From an uncultured virus (IMG/VR IMGVR_UViG_2690315711_000004) (Duplodnaviria; Heunggongvirae; Uroviricota; Caudoviricetes), in the IMG/VR virus record IMGVR_UViG_2690315711_000004: DNA of 64,000 nucleotides, one strand, 5' to 3'. The notes beneath the pieces were generated by a model. That model was not told the DNA's origin, did no database searches, and was given only the letters and a program-made list of their open reading frames with translations. Position numbers and translations under genes: made by a program. Shown in pieces: positions 58,259 through 64,000 of this stretch; positions within the stretch are counted from its first letter, which is position 1, and each line of letters begins with the position of its first letter.

Positions 58259-58462
58259 TCATTTACTTTGTATCTGAATAGCACTTTTACCGACGTACTT
58301 TGCTATTTGGGCATCTAGCTTTGTTAATTTATCCACCAGCTCTTCACGTTCTGCATTTAACTCACTGAGTGCTCTGATAGACGATAGTTTCTCTTTCATC
58401 CAAGCAACAACATCTGCATCAGAGAAATTAGCTGGCGGTATGATTACTGGTTCAGTTGTCAT
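58259..58462 (-). CDS. Hypothetical first pL gene
   Basis: MTTEP..KSAIQIQSK homolog of 3605-3808. Confidence 0.65.
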   Translation of the reverse strand: MTTEPVIIPPANFSDADVVAWMKEKLSSIRALSELNAEREELVDKLTKLDAQIAKYVGKSAIQIQSK

Positions 58463-58504
58463 GAGTATTCCCCTCGCGTCTAAACTTGCTTTAGAAATAG
58501 AATG

Positions 58505-58574
58505 CAACTAAAAGTAGATATTGTCAACAACTAAAAGTAGAAAGTGAGGGTGTAAAAAAACCAACTTTTAGTTG
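58505..58574. promoter_or_regulatory. OL operators of prophage 2
   Basis: CAACTAAAAGTAG at 58505 and 58528, CAACTTTTAGTTG at 58562; TTGACA on the minus strand between the first two. Confidence 0.72.
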
Positions 58575-58584
58575 GTTTTAATAT

Positions 58585-59274
58585 TTAGGCAAACTGTTTG
58601 AACGACATTGGGAGGCTTCTTATGAGTTTTCCATGAAAAAAAACTTCATGCATCTCATGATCATCAATGAAAAAAGGTGGGTAGAAATCATTATCTGATA
58701 TAACAGCTAATTTCCTGCCTTTTACACGCTGTAATCGTTTAATAAAAGTAGAGTCTTCGAAATTGAAAATATAAATTCCATCACCATTGAACTGGTTTAT
58801 TTTAGTATCTATAAAAAGTAAATCTTTAGGGTTTAGGGTAGGGGTCATGCTATCACCATCAACATTGATAATCATTACACCATCTAAAGTCCTACGACCA
58901 AATAATTCATAAACACGTTCTTGTGGTATTTCTATTGACCTGACGACCTCTGGAAATGGATTATTGATATAGCCATTACCAGCTGATGCAAATACCTCAA
59001 TTTGCCTGACTATCGCGGTATCTTTATTAAATTCATTTTGAGGATCTGTTTGTAAACCGACACCATAATCAAGATATGCGGGGGTTGAAAAAACGGTTTT
59101 AGCGACTAATTCCATCTTATCATCTCTAGGCTTTGCTGTACCCAGCGTATATCGACGTGCCATTTCATAAGACACGCCAACCTGTTCGGACAGTTGCCGA
59201 ATATCTATATTAGCTTCTTTCATTCGCTGGGTTAGTCGTTTAGCGAAACTACTATATTTATTATCTTCTACCAT
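58585..59274 (-). CDS. cI: CI-like repressor (HTH plus S24), probable start MVEDNK
   Basis: HTH, SAG cleavage-site-like motif, GDSM and IKRL catalytic motifs. Confidence 0.9.
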   Translation of the reverse strand: MVEDNKYSSFAKRLTQRMKEANIDIRQLSEQVGVSYEMARRYTLGTAKPRDDKMELVAKTVFSTPAYLDYGVGLQTDPQNEFNKDTAIVRQIEVFASAGNGYINNPFPEVVRSIEIPQERVYELFGRRTLDGVMIINVDGDSMTPTLNPKDLLFIDTKINQFNGDGIYIFNFEDSTFIKRLQRVKGRKLAVISDNDFYPPFFIDDHEMHEVFFHGKLIRSLPMSFKQFA

Positions 59275-59348
59275 AAGTAGAATTCTATCTACCAATTCTA
59301 TTGTTGTCATTTCTATTTTAAGTTGTTTTATTTGTCTACTTTAAGTAG
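59268..59348. promoter_or_regulatory. OR operators and pRM of prophage 2
   Basis: CTACCATAAGTAG 59268, CTATTTTAAGTTG 59313, CTACTTTAAGTAG 59336; ATGACA-17-TAGAAT on the minus strand. Confidence 0.7.
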
Positions 59349-59378
59349 TATTGATGTATTACTTAAGGAGAGGCATCT

Positions 59379-59612
59379 ATGCATCAAGAAAATTATACAG
59401 AAAAAGCAATCAGAACAATTGGGGTACCATCTGCAGTATCTCGAATGTTCGGCTTTAACTCCCCTCAGTCAGTTTTCAACTGGATTAAAAATAATAAAGT
59501 GCCTGCAGAACGAGTGATCCAATTATGTGAGTTAGGTGGTTGGGTCGTATCCCCACATCAACTGCGTCCTGATCTTTATCCAAATAAAACCGATGGCTTG
59601 CCAAAAGAATAA
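59379..59612 (+). CDS. cro: Cro/YdaS-like regulator
   Basis: SPQSVFNW..VPAERV..LRPDLY. Confidence 0.85.
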   Translation: MHQENYTEKAIRTIGVPSAVSRMFGFNSPQSVFNWIKNNKVPAERVIQLCELGGWVVSPHQLRPDLYPNKTDGLPKE

Positions 59613-59663
59613 CAAAACAGTTTAAAGCAGTTAACTACAAGAACTTATCAATGGTGGTAGGAA

Positions 59664-60122
59664 ATGAGTAACCAATCAATAAAACAAGTAGTGAAAGAAA
59701 TGTGTGAGGCAACAGCTGGTGGGCGTGAAGCTATGGCTGGTGCGCTTGGCCTGTCTTTAACATCATTCAATAACAAACTTTACGAAAAGAACGGCTGTCG
59801 TTCGTTTGATTTAAACGAACTATTAGCGATGCAAGATATATCTCAGACCGTTTTATTTGCTGAATTTGTCGCTCGTGAATCAAACCGCTTACTCGTGGAC
59901 AGAATTAGCCCTGCAGATTTAGATCAGACAGAACTATTCACATTACGTAGCAATGTTGACGAAATGCAGGGACGTTTAGCGTTATTGATGAAAGATAGCC
60001 TGGCTGATGGCGTTATTGATAACGAAGAAGAACAGAAAATAAAAATGATGTTGGATGGTTTAATTTCACAGATCCGCACATTTATGAATGCATTTGTTTC
60101 GTTACACCAAAAGAGAAATTAA
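59664..60122 (+). CDS. YmfL/CII-like protein
   Basis: Homolog of 6843-7301. Confidence 0.8.
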   Translation: MSNQSIKQVVKEMCEATAGGREAMAGALGLSLTSFNNKLYEKNGCRSFDLNELLAMQDISQTVLFAEFVARESNRLLVDRISPADLDQTELFTLRSNVDEMQGRLALLMKDSLADGVIDNEEEQKIKMMLDGLISQIRTFMNAFVSLHQKRN

Positions 60123-60209
60123 AGATGGCTATATCCAGAAAGGGTGAAGCCAACGATGTACGGTCGCTGGCTTCGGTTGCAAATTTCAATTGTGTGAAGA
60201 GAAATTAGC

Positions 60210-60419
60210 ATGAGTAGATTAGCGCATTTAATACCTAAAAAGCAATTCCGTTGTTTACTTGTTTCAGGTAGTCAGTCGTTTCGCTATGTAGAAATCATAG
60301 CCTCTGACGAACAACCAAACAACTACCAACAAAATAGCGAGTTGGTAGATAGACAGGCTCTTAAAAAGGCGTGGACTGATTTTTATTTTTCGAGTGGAGA
60401 GCGAGGCAATGAGCAATGA
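60210..60419 (+). CDS. Hypothetical phage protein
   Basis: Homolog of 7391-7600. Confidence 0.6.
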   Translation: MSRLAHLIPKKQFRCLLVSGSQSFRYVEIIASDEQPNNYQQNSELVDRQALKKAWTDFYFSSGERGNEQ

Positions 60420-60588
60420 GAACCCAAACCAACTTGATCGCTACTATAAAAATCACCGAGGTATCGTTGTTCATGTTGTTCGTTATGACAGAGAAAAACA
60501 GCGCGTTATTTTTATGTTGGATGGTTGTGACGACCCACAGTGTGAACCTGTACAGCGTTTTAAAGAGAAGTACACACGTATTAAGTAA
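60409..60588 (+). CDS. DUF4222-like protein
   Basis: Homolog of 7590-7760. Confidence 0.65.
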   Translation: MSNENPNQLDRYYKNHRGIVVHVVRYDREKQRVIFMLDGCDDPQCEPVQRFKEKYTRIK

Positions 60589-60600
60589 TGAGGTGGCAAG

Positions 60601-61662
60601 ATGAGTTTATTATTACTAAAAAGTCGCCCTTTAGTCGTTATTCCTGAATTAGCGGTACGTCTTGGTTTAAATGAGGCGATGCTGTTACAGCAAATTCAAT
60701 ATTGGCTAACTGAAACTACTTCAGGTGTTGAATATGACGGTTCACGCTGGATTTATAACACAGTTGAAGAGTGGAAGAATCAATTTCCTTTTTTCTCTGA
60801 ATCAACGATTAAACGTGCTTTTACTAATTTGAAAAAGCAGGGTGTTTTACGCATTGAGCAAATCAATAAATCGAACCATGACCGTACTAATTATTATGCG
60901 ATTAACTACGATCACCATCTGCTAACTGATGGGGTCAATATGACCCAATCGAACAGTGATAATACATCTAATCGAGCAGTTCAAAATGACCTTATCGATA
61001 AGCGCAAATTGAAACCGTCAAACAGTTCAAAATGCGCTGTTCTGAACGGGTCAAAATGGCCTGATCTTACAGAGAATACAACAGAGATTACTTCAGAGAG
61101 TACAACAGAGACTAACTCTTCTTGTCAGGTTCCTATTGAACCCGACAACGCTCCTGAAAAATTAATTTTGGATTATTTCAACAAGGTGACAAATTCCAAA
61201 TATCGTGAAGGAAAAACAACAACAGGGCATATCAAGGCGCGATTAGCAGAAGGATTTACCTCTGAAGACTTGATATTAATTACGGATTACCTGACAGCTA
61301 AATGGCAAAAAGATCCCAAGATGCGTGATTACTTACGCCCTAAAACATTATTTGTTCCTGAAAACTGTATTGAATACCAAGATAAGGCGATCAAATGGCG
61401 TGATGCAGGGCGTCCTGAATGTGTGAATGGTCGTTGGTTAAAGCCTGGAGAAGTTTCAGTGGAAATTAACACGGTTGAACGTGATGAAACTTTTAGAAAA
61501 ATGTTCACCTCAGGCTGGAAACCTGAAAATCGTATTCAAGCATTAGCAGTCGAGCAAGCAAAGAAAAATGGTCTTGGCCGTATGAGTGAAGTTGCTGGTT
61601 TAGCTTCATTCCGTGGTATCTGGAAACAGGCGACAGAACAAGTTGCACTGGAGGCTAAGTGA
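60601..61662 (+). CDS. Replication initiator
   Basis: N-terminal ~172 aa nearly identical to 7773-8864; different C-terminus with YLRPKTLF motif. Confidence 0.88.
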   Translation: MSLLLLKSRPLVVIPELAVRLGLNEAMLLQQIQYWLTETTSGVEYDGSRWIYNTVEEWKNQFPFFSESTIKRAFTNLKKQGVLRIEQINKSNHDRTNYYAINYDHHLLTDGVNMTQSNSDNTSNRAVQNDLIDKRKLKPSNSSKCAVLNGSKWPDLTENTTEITSESTTETNSSCQVPIEPDNAPEKLILDYFNKVTNSKYREGKTTTGHIKARLAEGFTSEDLILITDYLTAKWQKDPKMRDYLRPKTLFVPENCIEYQDKAIKWRDAGRPECVNGRWLKPGEVSVEINTVERDETFRKMFTSGWKPENRIQALAVEQAKKNGLGRMSEVAGLASFRGIWKQATEQVALEAK

Positions 61663-62300
61663 TGATTGATTACGCACTGAAATTACAGGAGTTAAAAAGC
61701 CAACCTGCTCATAAATTAAAAGAAATTGGTGACCAATGGCAATCACCAGATAACCTTTACTACGGTATTAACTCTAAATATGGACCGTTTACTTTAGATT
61801 TATTCACTGATGGTCAAAACAGTAAATGCCCGCATTTCTATACCGTTGAGGACAACGCACTCACTCAAGATTGGGCTGAAAAACTGAAAGAGATCGGCGG
61901 TTCAGCATTCGGCAATCCTCCTTACTCGCGTAGTTCATATCACGAAGGCCAGCCTTTAACAGGTGTTGGTCACATCATGAGCCATGCATTAGCTATGCGT
62001 GAACAATACGGTCGGTATGTTTTTTTATTAAAGGCAGCCACATCAGAAACATGGTGGCCAGAAGAAGCGGATCACGTTTGTTTTATCCGAGGACGTATTG
62101 GCTTTGACGTTCCTGAGTGGTTTGTTCCTGCAGATGAAAAGCAGAAACCAACGGGCGCATTCTTTGCTGGGGCAATAGTTGTTTTCGATAAAACATGGAC
62201 GGGTAAAAAATTCGATTACATTCATCGTGATGAATTAGAGCAAATTGGCAAAGCATTTATTGAGCAAATGAAGTGGCTGGCGTCGAGAGGTGTTGCATGA
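61659..62300 (+). CDS. Phage N6-adenine DNA methyltransferase
   Basis: DQWQSP, FTLDLF, GNPPYS, FIRGRIGF. Confidence 0.9.
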   Translation: MMIDYALKLQELKSQPAHKLKEIGDQWQSPDNLYYGINSKYGPFTLDLFTDGQNSKCPHFYTVEDNALTQDWAEKLKEIGGSAFGNPPYSRSSYHEGQPLTGVGHIMSHALAMREQYGRYVFLLKAATSETWWPEEADHVCFIRGRIGFDVPEWFVPADEKQKPTGAFFAGAIVVFDKTWTGKKFDYIHRDELEQIGKAFIEQMKWLASRGVA

Positions 62301-62692
62301 AAACGACAGAGCAAATACTGAACCAATATAAAGAGGGTGACAAGATTGATCGCCATATTGTGAGTCGTGATTTAGGCATTGCTCTATCTAGCTCATCGAG
62401 AGCATTGTCATACCTGAATGGGTTAGGTGCATTAGTACGAGTAGGCAATGAAGATCGCCCTGTACGTTACATTGTGACCAATGAGGCGGAGCACATTTAC
62501 CAAGCGATAATTGAAGAGCGCAAACTAGGTGAATCGGCCTACTTGCAAAAACTGAAAACACAAAAGGCCAAAAAGCGCGCATTACCCACAATCAAATGGG
62601 TAAAACATGCCACCTCTAATTTTGATCTCATGGGTAAATTGCCAACAGAGCCTTATGACTCATTAGTCAGAGCAGTAAGAGGTAATCACTAA
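62297..62692 (+). CDS. Hypothetical wHTH-like protein
   Basis: ATGA overlap with the MTase stop; SRALSYL..LGAL helix pattern. Confidence 0.6.
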   Translation: MKTTEQILNQYKEGDKIDRHIVSRDLGIALSSSSRALSYLNGLGALVRVGNEDRPVRYIVTNEAEHIYQAIIEERKLGESAYLQKLKTQKAKKRALPTIKWVKHATSNFDLMGKLPTEPYDSLVRAVRGNH

Positions 62693-62772
62693 TGCTAACT
62701 AAATATATTCTGTTCGTTGGGTTTTGGTTTGTAGTGACATTGCTAATTGGAGTGTGGGGGACTTATGCCTGA
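62692..62772 (+). CDS. 26-aa hydrophobic microprotein MLTKYILFVGFWFVVTLLIGVWGTYA
   Basis: Homolog of 8864-8944; TAATG coupling. Confidence 0.75.
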   Translation: MLTKYILFVGFWFVVTLLIGVWGTYA

Positions 62773-63148
62773 ACTTATGCTCATATTGCCTTTTCCACCT
62801 AGCGTTAACTCGTATTGGAGAAATATTAAGGGCCGAACGCTGATCAGTGAAAAAGGGCGTAAGTTTCGAATTAACACGATCGCCTCTGTCTATGAGCAAC
62901 TAAAACGAAAACCTAAAGCTATTAAAGAAAATGTCTCTGTCCTAGTTCGTTTATACCCACCAACAAAACAGCGCAGGGATATTGATAACTTTTTAAAGGC
63001 CCCATTTGATGCATTAACACATGCGGGTATTTGGGAAGATGATCAGCAGGTAAAGCATATGGATGTGATGTTAATGGAAGTCGTAAAGGGTGGAAAGTTA
63101 GAAATCACTATCCGCTCATTTAATAACGTGATGTACGGTCACGAATAA
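62765..63148 (+). CDS. rusA: Holliday junction resolvase RusA
   Basis: LPFPPSVNSYWR, RDIDNFLKAPFDALT..IWEDDQQV. Confidence 0.93.
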   Translation: MPELMLILPFPPSVNSYWRNIKGRTLISEKGRKFRINTIASVYEQLKRKPKAIKENVSVLVRLYPPTKQRRDIDNFLKAPFDALTHAGIWEDDQQVKHMDVMLMEVVKGGKLEITIRSFNNVMYGHE

Positions 63149-63151
63149 AAC

Positions 63152-63970
63152 GTGGAGAGAAATAGCATGAATGGATTAATTGTTATTGATGGTTTTCAGG
63201 TTCGTAGAGATGTAGCCGGTCGCTATTGTTTAAATGATTTACATCGAGTGTCAGGTGGTGAAAAACGACACCAACCATCGAACTGGAGTTCATTGGCTCA
63301 AACGAAAGAGTTAATTGATGAAATTTCTACCGCTCCTGAGATCACAGGAGCGCCTATTGCCACTGTCGCTGGTGGATATAACCAAGGGACGTATGTTTGC
63401 AAAGAATTAGTGTATGCCTATGCAATGTGGATTAGTGCTTCTTTTCATTTGAAAGTGATCCGCACCTTTGATGCTTTAGTGACACAACAGCACCAGGAGA
63501 AACTCAGTGATAAGGTTCAAGCGGGTGTGATACTACTGGAATCGATGTCTAAAAGTTTAAATTTTTCGAATTCATCAAAATTAGGGGCTTATCAAAAGTT
63601 ACAAGCCATGGCAGGATTACCTGAATTAGCCCCTGTGTATGCGATTGATGCACCAAGTGGATCTATGGATGGCTCCAGTCGTCCAACAGTTGCATTATCA
63701 ACACTGATCAACAAACACAACCTACCTATTTCAGCACAGCAAGCCTATAAGCGATTAGCCGAACTCGGAATTGTTGAGCGTTTATCACGTCCAAGTACGA
63801 AAACTGCCAGCAAAGTAAAAGAGTTCTGGTCAGTGACTGCACGAGGTTGTCAGTTTGGGAAGAATATGACGAGCCCTAATAATCCTCGTGAAACCCAACC
63901 GCATTTCTTTGAGAGTAAAACGGATGAGTTGATCCGTATGGTGATGTTGAATAAACAGGTGAGCGCATGA
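63152..63970 (+). CDS. KilA-N domain antirepressor-like protein
   Basis: GRYCLNDLH, GTYVCKELVYAYAMWIS. Confidence 0.88.
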   Translation: MERNSMNGLIVIDGFQVRRDVAGRYCLNDLHRVSGGEKRHQPSNWSSLAQTKELIDEISTAPEITGAPIATVAGGYNQGTYVCKELVYAYAMWISASFHLKVIRTFDALVTQQHQEKLSDKVQAGVILLESMSKSLNFSNSSKLGAYQKLQAMAGLPELAPVYAIDAPSGSMDGSSRPTVALSTLINKHNLPISAQQAYKRLAELGIVERLSRPSTKTASKVKEFWSVTARGCQFGKNMTSPNNPRETQPHFFESKTDELIRMVMLNKQVSA

Positions 63971-64000
63971 AGTTACTGTTAACGCCGTATATTCAAAAAG
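63967..64000 (+). CDS. DUF968 protein, 5' end only
   Basis: MKLLLTPYIQ, as in 9743-10768. Confidence 0.75.
   Translation, partial: MKLLLTPYIQK

Larger units (their letters stand above)
52923..64000. mobile_element. Lambdoid prophage 2 integrated at ssrA (left arm; continues past the window)
   Basis: att-int-xis-early genes-cI/cro-replication-MTase-rusA-KilA-DUF968. Confidence 0.92.

Noticed and set aside
454..62899. Numerous 60-130 aa ORFs antisense to or nested in long genes (e.g. 454-654, 22193-22507, 29677-30084, 34052-34435)
   Set aside because: Shadow frames of well-supported genes, without RBS or motifs; only Rz1 is a credible nested gene

Overview
Two related lambdoid prophages lie in tandem, most likely in a Proteus mirabilis chromosome (inferred from the uca fimbrial operon and low GC). 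Prophage 1 (1 to ~42.5 kb) runs from an e14 IntE-like integrase through immunity, replication, Q, lysis and HK97-like head and siphovirus tail genes, and ends in a broken side-fibre gene. An accessory block follows (ucaJDCBA fimbriae, an IbrA/IbrB-like PAPS-reductase/ParB pair, a ClbS-like gene), then a displaced tmRNA 3' fragment (att site, 52923-52953) and the left arm of prophage 2 (53 kb to window end). Cargo in prophage 1: a HipA-family kinase plus HipS/HIRAN-like pair directly downstream of cI, a cold-shock protein, an RloC-like ATPase/HEPN nuclease and an RclR-like/AhpD-like pair. The most striking unannotated signal is two minus-strand small-RNA cassettes bracketing the RclR/AhpD pair. 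Each has a sigma70 promoter overlapped by a near-perfect Fur box, a RyhB-like seed and the same terminator, and further short antisense promoter-terminator units flank the lysis genes. Comparing the two prophages also shows a conserved 26-aa membrane microprotein, a hairpin with compensatory changes and sharp module-exchange boundaries. Family assignments are from recalled motifs, not database searches.
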